A stretch of DNA of 61,722 nt, counting the filler. It is 4 parts of 4 records of this genome, joined end to end, with 100 filler letters (N's around TTAATTAATTAA, not from the genome) between each part and the next. Parts side by side here need not be neighbours in the genome. Positions count along the whole stretch, not along the records: positions 32,057 to 55,233 come from SRR20825006_912; positions 55,334 to 61,722 come from SRR20825006_961; 2 more parts are not named here. One strand, 5' to 3'. Both the position numbers and the translations under genes were made by a program. The stretch's first letter is position 1; each line of letters starts with the position of its first letter. The notes beneath the pieces were generated by a model. That model had not been told where the DNA came from. It searched no databases and was given only the letters and a program-made list of their open reading frames with translations. Of the stretch, positions 51,514 to 60,986 are shown in pieces.

Positions 51514-52752
51514 TCAGGCAGTAAGCCGCATCAGCGCCGCCAGCATCAGTTCGGCCCCTTTTTCGATATCCGCCCAGTCAGAATACTCCTCCGGCGCGTG
51601 GGATATCCCGTTGCGGCTCGGGACAAAGATCATGGCAGACGGGCAAAGCGCCATCATCGTCTGAGCATCATGGCCTGCACCTGAAATCATTCGACGAGCC
51701 GGAAGGTTCAGGCGTCTGGCTTCCTCATCCAGAAGGTTGACCAACGCTCCGTCAAACGACACTGGCGGAATAAAGCTCTTTTCCTCGATCTCAAATGTCA
51801 GGTCGTGCCTACCGGCCACTGCACTGACGGTATAGCCGAAAAGAGCATTCAGCCCCCTCATAACATCCAGTGAGGAATCCCGGATGATGACGGAAAACCT
51901 CGCTTCGCCGGGAATGGTGTGCGGATGGTTGGGTAAAAGCTCAACCTTGCCGATGGTGATTCTGGCGATATCGGAGCCTGAGCGTTCAATCATCGCCGGA
52001 ATTTGTGTGGCAATTTCTGCCAGACCGGCAAAGGCATCTGCGCGCATACCCATTGGTGTCGTCCCAGAGTGATTGGCAGTGCCTTTCAACGTGATGGACA
52101 GATTGATGACCCCCGTTGCGCCTTCCGGCAAACCAACCGACAGCTTTTCGCGCTCCAGAACCGGCCCCTGTTCGATATGCAGTTCCAGAAAGGCACGAAC
52201 CGAGCCTGCCTCACGCACCGAGTTCAAAACCGCTTCCGGGTCCAGTCCCTGTGCGCGCATCGCTTGAGTCAACAGCACGCCATCGGCATCAGTAACCGTT
52301 TCCAGCCATTCGCGCCTGACCAGCCCGGCAATTGTCTGGGAACCGAGCATGCCGCCGAAACGCCCCTCTTCCTCAGATGTTGCGACAACCTCAACCGGAA
52401 CCGTAGGTGCGACACCGCCATCCTTCATGGCTCGCACGCATTCCAACGCAACGGCCACACCAAGCGATCCGTCAAAAGCGCCACCGTCTGCGACAGTATC
52501 AAGATGGGAACCAACCATAACAGATGCCCCGTTTTCCGGCCCAAAGCGCCCAAACAGCGAGTTCGCACCATCGCGTGATACCTTCAGCCCGTCTTTTTCC
52601 ATCTCCGCGGCAAACCAGTCACGTACGGCCATATCCGCATCTGAAAACCCGACCCGGTTATAACCACCAGTGTCTTCCGACACTCCGAAGGCATTGATAC
52701 TGTCGAGAAGAGCTCGCAATCGCTCGCAGTTGATTTTTGGCTGGCTGATCAT
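51514..52752 (-). CDS. M20 family Zn amidohydrolase (N-carbamoyl-L-amino acid/allantoate amidohydrolase-like)
   Basis: GSHLDTV, EEEGRFG, ELHIEQGPVLE, ANHSGTTPM, SGAGHDA and GISHAPEE. Confidence 0.92.
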   Translation of the reverse strand: MISQPKINCERLRALLDSINAFGVSEDTGGYNRVGFSDADMAVRDWFAAEMEKDGLKVSRDGANSLFGRFGPENGASVMVGSHLDTVADGGAFDGSLGVAVALECVRAMKDGGVAPTVPVEVVATSEEEGRFGGMLGSQTIAGLVRREWLETVTDADGVLLTQAMRAQGLDPEAVLNSVREAGSVRAFLELHIEQGPVLEREKLSVGLPEGATGVINLSITLKGTANHSGTTPMGMRADAFAGLAEIATQIPAMIERSGSDIARITIGKVELLPNHPHTIPGEARFSVIIRDSSLDVMRGLNALFGYTVSAVAGRHDLTFEIEEKSFIPPVSFDGALVNLLDEEARRLNLPARRMISGAGHDAQTMMALCPSAMIFVPSRNGISHAPEEYSDWADIEKGAELMLAALMRLTA

Positions 52753-52807
52753 GGTCGCTCCGCTCCCGTTCTCTTCGCCTTAAAGGGCGTATTTGGAACA
52801 CTGCGGT

Positions 52808-52856
52808 TATTTATTATAATAAATAAAATTTTTCTGCAAAATTTTTATAATAAATA
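52808..52856. promoter_or_regulatory. AT-rich palindromic operator TATTTATTATAATAAATA plus a second partial copy
   Basis: Perfect 18-bp palindrome at 52808-52825 and a repeat TTATAATAAATA ending at 52856. Near-identical site at 53691-53706. Confidence 0.6.
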
Positions 52857-52917
52857 CCTTGTGCTCAGCCACACTCACAGGTGCGGAAGAAACGGAAGCG
52901 GCTCTCGGGGGCAGACT

Positions 52918-53472
52918 TCACCCCGCCCAATTCTTTTGAATAGCCTTCAGCATTGCGAGATGGGACTCAATAAAGGGTACGAGCACAGTCGAAATCGTCT
53001 TGTTCATGCCGCTATCATCAGAGCTTGCTTCCGCATTTTGAATATCCAGAAGTTTCTCATGTCCTTCAATTTCGGAGGAAATATAAAGTTGATCGAACTT
53101 ATCGCCAGCTTCCATTTTCTGCAGCTGCGCGAGAGTTTTTGCAAGATCATCCGGTCGTGCCGGTTTCGATGCGCCGGCGCCGAGGAGAAGACCGCCGACA
53201 GCACTTGCCTCGTCGTATTCCAGCTTCGCAAACTGTTGAACCTGGGTGTTTGTCGCTTTTCTTGCGGCGAGCGCACTGATGTCGCCAGAAAAAAGGCCGA
53301 TTGTCAGCGTCTTTGAGACATAGCGTGATTTCGAAGCGCCACCGGAAGCTGCCAATGCCGCAATTGGAGCCATGCTCGCCAATGTAGCTGTCATCACGCC
53401 CCCAACCAGAAATGTTCGCCGCGCAGCTGAACAATCAGCTTTTCTCGTATCAGTAACATTCTTCGAAGTCAT
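52918..53472 (-). CDS. DUF4142 (ferritin-like) protein with Tat signal
   Basis: ARRTFLVGG twin-arginine signal; VQQFAKLE, FDQLYI...GHEKLL and IESHLAML. Confidence 0.8.
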   Translation of the reverse strand: MTSKNVTDTRKADCSAARRTFLVGGVMTATLASMAPIAALAASGGASKSRYVSKTLTIGLFSGDISALAARKATNTQVQQFAKLEYDEASAVGGLLLGAGASKPARPDDLAKTLAQLQKMEAGDKFDQLYISSEIEGHEKLLDIQNAEASSDDSGMNKTISTVLVPFIESHLAMLKAIQKNWAG

Positions 53473-53646
53473 GGCCCGGTCCTTTTCAAATCAATGCCAC
53501 AAGGTTTAAATATCATTAGCTGCATAACTAAATATTACAACTAATGGGAGTATAAATTTATATGTGGCATTTTAAGGACGAGCCTTCGGCAACCCACCCA
53601 ACCAACCTTTCTGATATCGCCGGGACATAAAGAACAAATATTTCAG

Positions 53647-53740
53647 TGACATAAAAGCCCTATGTCAGAAATCGAAGTTGCTCCTCTGAAATTTATTATA
53701 ATCAATCCTTGAAAATTACCGAACTTTCATAATTAATTAT
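53647..53740. promoter_or_regulatory. Operator cluster upstream of the ABC binding protein
   Basis: TGACATA-N7-TATGTCA (53647-53667), ATTTATTATAATCAAT (53691-53706) and ATAATTAATTAT (53729-53740). Confidence 0.5.
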
Positions 53741-53766
53741 AGCAACACCAACAGAGGAGAACTGAC

Positions 53767-55233
53767 ATGAAACGCCTTCTCGCCGCTGCGCTTGCGGCTG
53801 CGTCGCTGATGTTCAGCGCCCCCGCTTTTGCGCAAACACCGCCCAATGTTCTGATCGTTGGCCAGATCGCAGAGCCGAAATCCCTTGATCCGGCTGTTGA
53901 TACAGCGGTCAATGATTTCCGTATTCTGGTCAACATGTATGACGGTTTGGTCCGCTATAAAGACGGAACGCTTGAGGTAGAGCCTGCACTTGCGACAAGC
54001 TGGGACATTTCCGAAGACGGCAAAACCTACACTTTCAAGTTGCGTGAAGGCGTGACCTTTCATGACGGTTCGCCCTTCAATGCCGAAGCTGTAAAGTTCA
54101 ACTTCGACCGGATGCTGAACGAAGACAGCACATATCACGATACCGGTCCATTCCCGCTGGCTTTCTTCTTTTCCGCCGTTGATACGGTTGAAGCTGTTGA
54201 CGACATGACGGTGAAGTTCACCCTGAACGAGCCTTATGCGCCGTTTCTTTCCAACCTCGCCTATCCCACCGGCCTGATCGTCTCACCTTCTGCGGTGAAA
54301 GAATATGGCGAGGATTTCGGTCGTCATCCATCCGGTACGGGGGCCTACAAGTTTGAGGAATGGAACCCGAACTCCCGCGTGGTCATTTCCAGGAACGAAG
54401 ACTACTGGGATGGCGCGCCCGATCTGGAAGCCGTTGTCTTCCGCCCTGTGACCGATGCCAATACCCGCGTTGCCGAAATGATGTCGGGTGGCCTTGATGT
54501 GATGGTCGAGGTACCACCGGATTCCCTTTCGCAATTTGCCGACGACGGTAACTACAAGGTTTATGAGCAGGCCGGGCCGCACGTCTGGTTCCTGATCCTG
54601 AATACCAGGGATGGTGTTTTCTCTGACAAGAAAATCCGTCAGGCGGTCAACTACGCCATCAACAAGGAAACAATCGTCAACGATATCCTTCAGGGCACGG
54701 CTGATGTTGCCGCTGGCCCGACGCCGCCAGCCTTTGCCTGGGCCCATGATGACAGCCTGTCTCCGTATCCCTACGACCCGGAGAAGGCCAAACAGCTGCT
54801 TGAAGAGGCCGGTTATGATGGTTCTGAACTGACCTTCTACGTCACTGAAGGTGGCTCGGGCATGCTGGAACCGCAGGCCATGGCCACTCAGATACAGGCC
54901 GATCTTGAGGCTGTAGGCATTCCTGTAGCGATCGAAACCTATGAGTGGAATACCTTCCTCGGCAAGGTTAACCCCGGTCTTGAAGGCAAGGCAGACATGG
55001 CTGAAATGGCATGGATGACCAACGACCCGGACACCCTGCCCTTCCTGGCGTTGAGAACAGATGCCTTCCCGGAAAACGGCGGCTTCAACTCCGGTTACTA
55101 CTCCAACCCCGAAGTCGACAAATTGCTTGAGGAAGCCCGCACAGCCACAGATCAGGAAAAGCGTGCCGAGCTATACAGACAAATGCAGGCAATTGTGCAT
55201 GATGATGCGCCTTGGGTTTTCGTTGCCAACTGG
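53767..55233 (+). CDS. ABC transporter substrate-binding protein, family 5 (DppA-like), 3' truncated
   Basis: GAGGAG RBS, signal peptide, EPALATSWDISEDGKTYTFKLREGVTFHDG, GTGAYKF and YDPEKAKQLL. Confidence 0.93.
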
Positions 55234-55333
55234 NNNNNNNNNNNNNNNNNNNNNNNNNNNNNNNNNNNNNNNNNNNNTTAATTAATTAANNNNNNNNNNN
55301 NNNNNNNNNNNNNNNNNNNNNNNNNNNNNNNNN
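55234..55333. other. Artificial contig linker
   Basis: N44-TTAATTAATTAA-N44. Confidence 0.99.
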
Positions 55334-55396
55334 ATTGATCGGCAACAGATCCATCGGACAGGCCGAGGCCACGGCGATCAGGTCCATTTCGGCCCG
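55334..55396 (-). pseudogene. C-terminal fragment resembling a urea carboxylase-associated (DUF1989) protein
   Basis: The minus strand reads RAEMDLIAVASACPMDLLPIN. The upstream in-frame sequence loses similarity and is closed by a TAG at 55481-55483. Confidence 0.5.
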
Positions 55397-55483
55397 CGAA
55401 ACGCCCCGCAATGCCAAAGCCACCCGGAACACACCTGTACACCTTATTGAGTGATTTTTACCTTTGAGGCGTGGCCCGGTCTA

Positions 55484-56326
55484 TCATGCCGTTACAGGCC
55501 CATGGTTTTGGTCCACCCGACCTTTCCGCACCAGATATTCGACAACGGTCGAAACACGCGCCGGAAGCGTAACGAACTTGCCAAGATAGACGACATGGAA
55601 CTCTTCGCGGACGACGGGGCTTTCGGTGACTATCCGCAATTGCCCTCTGGCCAGCTCTTCTTTCACGATAAAGCGCCCGACCCGTACCGTGCCGCTGCCA
55701 TGCAGGGCCAGCGCGGCGAGGGTGTTGCCATCCGTTGCCCTCACGCGGGGTGCGCCCTCTCTCCAGATGGGATCGCGACGGGCATAGGCGAAGCCAAGAT
55801 TGCCCTGCATGCCATCGGGCGCGCGGACGGTGATGACGTCAGAGACGCCAAGGGAACGCGTCTTCATGGCCGAATTTGGCAGTGGCCCGGCCCTGACGGC
55901 CAGATCAATAGGTTGCCCGCCCATATCCACCAGCCCGTCGCCGATCACCAGTTCGATCTCCAGATCCGGGTGCTGTCGCAACAGGTCCGGCAGGATTGGC
56001 GCAAAGATGTGGTTGGCATAGGCCGAACTGGTTGCGATCCGCACGATGCCCGCAACCGGACCACAGCCGACCTCGCGTTCGGCCTGATCAAGGGCTGCAA
56101 GAATGGCACGGGCCGAACGGGCAAAGGCGTGCCCTTCATCCGTGATGTGTATGTTTCGCGTGGTCCGGCGCATCAAAGAGACACCAAGGCGCTGTTCCAG
56201 CCGCGTCATCATCTTTGAAACCGCAGAGGGCGTCATCCGCCGCGCGAGGGCAGTAGCAGAAAAGCTGCCCTCGTCCACGACGGCCACAAAGACCTCCATT
56301 TCCTGCAATCGGTTGAGTTCGCGCAT
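55484..56326 (-). CDS. LysR family transcriptional regulator
   Basis: FVAVVDEGSFSA...PSAVSK...LEQRLGVSLMRRTTR; divergent from the MFS gene. Confidence 0.93.
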   Translation of the reverse strand: MRELNRLQEMEVFVAVVDEGSFSATALARRMTPSAVSKMMTRLEQRLGVSLMRRTTRNIHITDEGHAFARSARAILAALDQAEREVGCGPVAGIVRIATSSAYANHIFAPILPDLLRQHPDLEIELVIGDGLVDMGGQPIDLAVRAGPLPNSAMKTRSLGVSDVITVRAPDGMQGNLGFAYARRDPIWREGAPRVRATDGNTLAALALHGSGTVRVGRFIVKEELARGQLRIVTESPVVREEFHVVYLGKFVTLPARVSTVVEYLVRKGRVDQNHGPVTA

Positions 56327-56330
56327 GGGC

Positions 56331-56357
56331 TCATTTGTGATTTGAAATCATAAATGA
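56331..56357. promoter_or_regulatory. LysR-type operator palindrome
   Basis: TCATTTGTGATTT-G-AAATCATAAATGA, containing T-N11-A and abutting the lysR start. Confidence 0.7.
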
Positions 56358-56430
56358 TGTTATGATTGGCCAAATTATTCCGCAATGAAAAAGCTGCCAT
56401 TGTCTCCGCAATCAATAAGGAGACACCTGG

Positions 56431-57606
56431 ATGACAAGTCTGTCAGATACTGAAACCTTGCGGCCGCGCACACGCGTGGCACCTCTCGTTGCCCTTGGAA
56501 TTGGTGCCTTTGGCATCGGGTTGACGGAATTCGTCATCATGGGGCTGCTGCCACAGGTCGCGCAGGACCTGGGCGTCAGCCTGCCCTCGGCGGGGCTGTT
56601 GATCACGGGCTATGCCCTGGGTGTCACCTTTGGCGGGCCGGTGCTGGCCATCGCCGCCAGCCGCCTGCCGCACCGCGCCGTGTTGGTGCTGCTTATGGCG
56701 ATCTTTACGGCTGGGAACATCATGTGCGCCGTCTCTCCCGGCTTTGGCCTTGTGCTGGCGGCACGGGTGATTACCGGCTTTGCCCACGGGACGTTCTTTG
56801 GCACCGGTTCGGTTGTGGCGCAGGCCATCGTGCCGCCGCATCGAAAGGCTTCGGCCATCGCCATCGTGTTCACGGGGCTGACATTGGCCACGGTACTGGG
56901 GCTGCCCTTTGGCACCTGGTTGGGACAGATATTTGGCTGGCGTGCAACCTTCTGGGCCGTTGCCGGGATTGGCGCGGTTGCATTTGCAGCCATCGCTTGT
57001 TTCGTGCCGCAAACGGCGTCGAATACCCCTTTGAGATTTCGCCAATTGGCCCTTTTCATCCGCCCGGCTCCTTTGCTGGCGCTTGTGATGACGGCAATGG
57101 GCTATGCGGGCGTCTTCATGGTCTTTACCTACATCACCCCGCTTTTGACCGATGTTGCAGGCGTGCCGGAAGCGCGGGTGGCGCTTTACCTCTTGCTCTT
57201 TGGCCTTGGGATTGTCGGTGGCAATCTGCTGGGCGGTCGGCTGGCGGACCGTTGGCCCGGCCCCGCTGTGCCGATTGTGCTTCTTGGTCTGGCCGCTGGT
57301 TTGCTGGCCTTGCGACTGGGGCTGGCTGTGCCCGTGTTGGCGGCCCCGGCGATACTGCTGCTGGGCCTGCTGGCTTTCGCCACCCTTGCCCCGCTTCAGG
57401 CCCGGATGATGGCACGTACACCCGACGGGGCAGAAACACTGGGCGCCACGCTGAATATCTCTGCCTTTAACCTGGGCAATGCCATCGGTGCCTGGCTCGG
57501 GGGGCTGGTGCTCTCTGCCGGGTTTGGCCTGCCCAGTCTTGCACCACTTGCCGCGATCCTGCCATTGGCCGCGCTGGCCTTGGCATTTCTCCCTGAAAGG
57601 AACTGA
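56431..57606 (+). CDS. MFS efflux transporter (DHA1, AraJ/NepI/PbuE-like)
   Basis: GLTEFVIMGLLP, GLPFGTWLGQIFGWRATF and SAFNLGNAIGAWLGG; about 12 TM; AAGGAG RBS. Confidence 0.92.
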   Translation: MTSLSDTETLRPRTRVAPLVALGIGAFGIGLTEFVIMGLLPQVAQDLGVSLPSAGLLITGYALGVTFGGPVLAIAASRLPHRAVLVLLMAIFTAGNIMCAVSPGFGLVLAARVITGFAHGTFFGTGSVVAQAIVPPHRKASAIAIVFTGLTLATVLGLPFGTWLGQIFGWRATFWAVAGIGAVAFAAIACFVPQTASNTPLRFRQLALFIRPAPLLALVMTAMGYAGVFMVFTYITPLLTDVAGVPEARVALYLLLFGLGIVGGNLLGGRLADRWPGPAVPIVLLGLAAGLLALRLGLAVPVLAAPAILLLGLLAFATLAPLQARMMARTPDGAETLGATLNISAFNLGNAIGAWLGGLVLSAGFGLPSLAPLAAILPLAALALAFLPERN

Positions 57607-57607
57607 G

Positions 57608-58831
57608 ATGAGACAGATCATACGCACAACGGCCACGCTGGTGGCCATGGCCATCGCGGCACCGGGGCTTGCGGAAAACTGGGTTCCGGCCTGGATGGCC
57701 AGTCCGCAAGCTGTGTGGAGCGACACGACCGTGTTTGCCACAGGACTGCCAGAGCAGATCGCCGGGGCGACCATCAGGCAGCCGCTGACGCTGGCGTTCC
57801 CGGCAAATCGCATACGGCTGGTTTTGTCGAATGTGCACGGCACGCGTCCGCTTCCGGTCACTGCGCTGACGCTGGCGCACAGTGCCCCCGATGCACAGAC
57901 CGAAGACGCGCAGGAGGTTCTGTTTGGCGGTCATGCAGGCACAGTCATCGCGCCGGGCGCGCAGGTCGTTTCCGACGCTGTCGTCTTTCCGGCTGAAGCC
58001 GGAGCCCGGATCGCCGCCACGCTCACCTACGGGGCGGACGCGGTTGCAGAAGACTTCCATTGGGACGCACGCGAAACCAGCTATCTGATCGACGCCGACA
58101 AACCGGCCCCTGAGGTATTGCAAGAGCTTCCGGCCCGTCTGACCCTGAGCATGGTTTTGTCCGACATCCCCGCGCGGCTGGGCGTGATCGCCATGGGAGA
58201 TTCCATCACCGACGGCAACGGCGCACCTATGGATGCCATGGTGCGCTGGCCTGATCTCCTCGCCCATGCCCTCGCCGCTGAGGGGGTCGCGGTGGTCAAT
58301 GCCGGGATTTCTGGCGGTCGCCTGCTGAGCGACGGGATGGGCCGCAGCGTGTTGGCCCGGCTTGACCATGACGTGCTGGCCGTGCCGGGGGCAAACGTGC
58401 TGGTCCTGCTGATCGGCACGAACGATATTGCCTGGCCCGGCACACCGTTTTCACCCGAAGAAGCCCCCATGACCTTGGAAGGCCTGCAACAAGGCCTGAT
58501 GCAGGTTGCCGCACGCACCCGTGCGCAGGGCATGCGGCTGGTCATTGGCACAGTTCCCCCTTTTGAAGGGGCGCTGCCGGATACGCCGATGGAAGCAACC
58601 TACTGGAGCCCCGAGAAAGACGCACTGCGCAGGGCGTTGAATGATTGGTTGAGAGGGGCAGATTTCTATGACGCGCTTGTGGACTTTGACCGCGTGCTGA
58701 GCGCTCCGAAAGACGACATGCGCCTGAATCCGCTTTACGACAGCGGCGATCATCTGCACCCGGGAGGCAATGGAAATCAGGCTATGGCCGATGCCGTGGC
58801 ACAGGTTCTGCGCAAGGGTTGGCAGGATTGA
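57608..58831 (+). CDS. Secreted SGNH/GDSL hydrolase
   Basis: Signal peptide, GDSITDG, NAGISG, GTND and DHLH; ATG 1 nt after the MFS stop. Confidence 0.92.
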   Translation: MRQIIRTTATLVAMAIAAPGLAENWVPAWMASPQAVWSDTTVFATGLPEQIAGATIRQPLTLAFPANRIRLVLSNVHGTRPLPVTALTLAHSAPDAQTEDAQEVLFGGHAGTVIAPGAQVVSDAVVFPAEAGARIAATLTYGADAVAEDFHWDARETSYLIDADKPAPEVLQELPARLTLSMVLSDIPARLGVIAMGDSITDGNGAPMDAMVRWPDLLAHALAAEGVAVVNAGISGGRLLSDGMGRSVLARLDHDVLAVPGANVLVLLIGTNDIAWPGTPFSPEEAPMTLEGLQQGLMQVAARTRAQGMRLVIGTVPPFEGALPDTPMEATYWSPEKDALRRALNDWLRGADFYDALVDFDRVLSAPKDDMRLNPLYDSGDHLHPGGNGNQAMADAVAQVLRKGWQD

Positions 58832-58956
58832 GGATGGCCCTGTCAGCGCGGTTGCGGCGGGACGGGGCCTAATGCAGAAGGCGCGGGCGAGTGGCCGTGG
58901 TGGACGCCTTGCGCCCGCACCATATACAAGAGGGACTGGGACGACAGCCGTATATG

Positions 58957-58973
58957 TGCGCAATTTTCAGGCA
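58957..58973. promoter_or_regulatory. Candidate NtrC site upstream of nasT
   Basis: TGC-N11-GCA with an AT-rich core (TGCGCAATTTTCAGGCA). Confidence 0.5.
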
Positions 58974-59047
58974 GCACGGTGAATAATGTATCGCCGGACC
59001 ATCGTTCAACATTGCCAATGGTGCCGGGGTTTGTTGACGGTTCATTG

Positions 59048-59632
59048 ATGCAGCGACTTCTGAAAATCACAATCGTGGAAAGCGATCCGGCGCGTGCGGC
59101 GTTGATCGAGGAAAGCCTGTTGCGGGTCGGGCAATACGAACTCAACATCGTTGACGACATGACCCGGCTGAACACGGCGATTAAGGAGATCAACCCGGAC
59201 ATTGTCCTGATCGACCTCGACAATCCATCGCGCGATGCGCTGGAGGAACTGACACTGGCGACCGCCCCGCTGGAGCGACCCGTCGCGTTGTTTGTGGATC
59301 AGGGGGACGCGAACCTGACCAAACTTGCGATCGAGGCGGGCGTGTCGGCCTATGTCGTCGACGGGCTGCGTGCCGACCGCCTCAAGCCGATCCTCGACGC
59401 TGCTGTCACGCGGTTCAACATGTTCCGGCAGATGCGCACGGAATTGGCTGCAACCAAACGCGCCCTTGAAGAACGCAAGGTGATTGATCGCGCGAAGGGC
59501 ATCCTGATGAAGGCAAAGGGGATCGACGAGGAAGCCGCCTATGCCCTGTTGCGACGCGCCGCGATGGATCAGGGACGCAAAGTCGGCGATGTGGCCGAGG
59601 CATTGGTCAGCACCGCAGGGTTGCTGTCATGA
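59048..59632 (+). CDS. nasT: ANTAR-domain antiterminator NasT
   Basis: Receiver-like N-terminus, AGVSAYVVDGL and ANTAR ERKVIDRAKGILM...EEAAYALLR. Overlaps the nasS start. Confidence 0.92.
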   Translation: MQRLLKITIVESDPARAALIEESLLRVGQYELNIVDDMTRLNTAIKEINPDIVLIDLDNPSRDALEELTLATAPLERPVALFVDQGDANLTKLAIEAGVSAYVVDGLRADRLKPILDAAVTRFNMFRQMRTELAATKRALEERKVIDRAKGILMKAKGIDEEAAYALLRRAAMDQGRKVGDVAEALVSTAGLLS

Positions 59633-60729
59633 CGGCAACCATTCCCGTTGGCTTCGTTCCGCTTATTGACGCAGGACCGTTGATTGTCGCTGTCGAGATG
59701 GGGTTCGACCGGGCCGAAGGCATCGCGCTGGACTTGCGGCGCGCGAATTCATGGTCGGCGCTGCGGGACATGGTGTCTTTCGGACAGGTCACCGCCGCAC
59801 AGATGCTGTCACCGATGCCCGTCGCCACAGCGCTTGGACTGGGCGGGGCCGGTGCGGCACTGGCGGCGGTCGCGGTCCTGTCAACGAATGGCGAGGTAGT
59901 GTGCGTCAGCGCGGCCATGGCCAAAAGGTTGCGCGAGGCAGGTCACGATTTCGGTTTCGACGATGCCCATGCGGCAGGCCGTGCGTTGATTGCCGCAGCG
60001 GACGGGCCGCTGCGCATCGCGGTGCCGTTCCCGTTCTCAATGCACGCAGAGCTGTTGTATCACTGGCTGACGGCGCTGGGCCTGCCTGCGCCATCGGGCA
60101 TTGATATCCGCACGGTTCCGCCGCCTCTGATGGCGGCGGCCCTTGCAGCAGGTGAAATTGACGCTTGCTGCGTGGGGGAACCCTGGGGGTCGATGGCCGT
60201 GGAAAGAGCCGTTGGGGCGTTGTTGCTGCCCGGCTCCGCGATCTGGCCTGGAATGCCGGAAAAGGTGCTGGGCGTGCGGGCCGATCTCGCCGACAGCGAC
60301 CCCGAGCCCCTGCGCGCCCTGATCCGTGCCTTGTGGCATGCGGGCCAATGGCTGAACGATCCGCGCAGTCGGGTGACCGCCTGCGAGATGTTGTCGGGTC
60401 GGGATTACCTTGACGTGCCGACCGAGGTCATCGACCGCGCTTTGTCGGGGCATCTGACAATCTCCGCACGGGGCGACAGCCGTGTCGTTCCGAAATTCGT
60501 GGATTTTGGCCACTTTGCACCGCAACAGGCCCATGCGGCATGGATCGGCGGGCGGCTCGCAGCACGGCTGGGATTGGATCGCGGCACCTCTCAGGCCGTG
60601 GCCCGCGCGACCTATCGCACCGATCTGCATGAGAATGCGTTGCAGTCGATTCCCGGTTACACGGCGGAGCCTGCGTCATTCGAGCGTTCATTCGATGGTC
60701 AGAATTTCACCCCCGTGCCGCCGGAGTGA
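59629..60729 (+). CDS. nasS: Cytoplasmic nitrate sensor NasS (NrtA-like, no signal peptide)
   Basis: GFVPLIDAGPL, VPFPFSMH, VPPPLM, CVGEPW and PEKVLG; translationally coupled to nasT. Confidence 0.85.
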   Translation: MTATIPVGFVPLIDAGPLIVAVEMGFDRAEGIALDLRRANSWSALRDMVSFGQVTAAQMLSPMPVATALGLGGAGAALAAVAVLSTNGEVVCVSAAMAKRLREAGHDFGFDDAHAAGRALIAAADGPLRIAVPFPFSMHAELLYHWLTALGLPAPSGIDIRTVPPPLMAAALAAGEIDACCVGEPWGSMAVERAVGALLLPGSAIWPGMPEKVLGVRADLADSDPEPLRALIRALWHAGQWLNDPRSRVTACEMLSGRDYLDVPTEVIDRALSGHLTISARGDSRVVPKFVDFGHFAPQQAHAAWIGGRLAARLGLDRGTSQAVARATYRTDLHENALQSIPGYTAEPASFERSFDGQNFTPVPPE

Positions 60730-60833
60730 TCAGGAAATCAGCACAAGTATGCCGCGATGCAGAAAAATGACCCCCTGCGGACTAAAATCCTGATTTTTCG
60801 TTGATTACACCTCGGGATTCGACCTTGATAGAT

Positions 60834-60884
60834 GGCAGGCAGACAATGGCGTCCGCCTGACCCCATTCCCAAAGTCCGGGTAAT
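60834..60884 (+). promoter_or_regulatory. ANTAR-binding dual-hairpin RNA leader
   Basis: P1 GGCAGGCAGAC-AATGGC-GTCCGCCTG (A1/G4 hexaloop) and P2 ATTCCC-AAAGTCC-GGGTAAT, directly downstream of nasTS. Confidence 0.7.
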
Positions 60885-60892
60885 CCGAGCAC

Positions 60893-60943
60893 AGCCGCTC
60901 GACCCTTCATGCCGACGCATGAGGTTGGTCAGCGGCTATTTTT
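60893..60943 (+). terminator. Leader attenuator terminator upstream of nrtA
   Basis: AGCCGCT-C-GACC-CTTCATGC/GCATGAGG-TT-GGTC-AGCGGCT followed by ATTTTT. Confidence 0.75.
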
Positions 60944-60986
60944 CGTATGTCCGGGCGTCTGTCCCGGACCCTAAAGGGACGACCAG

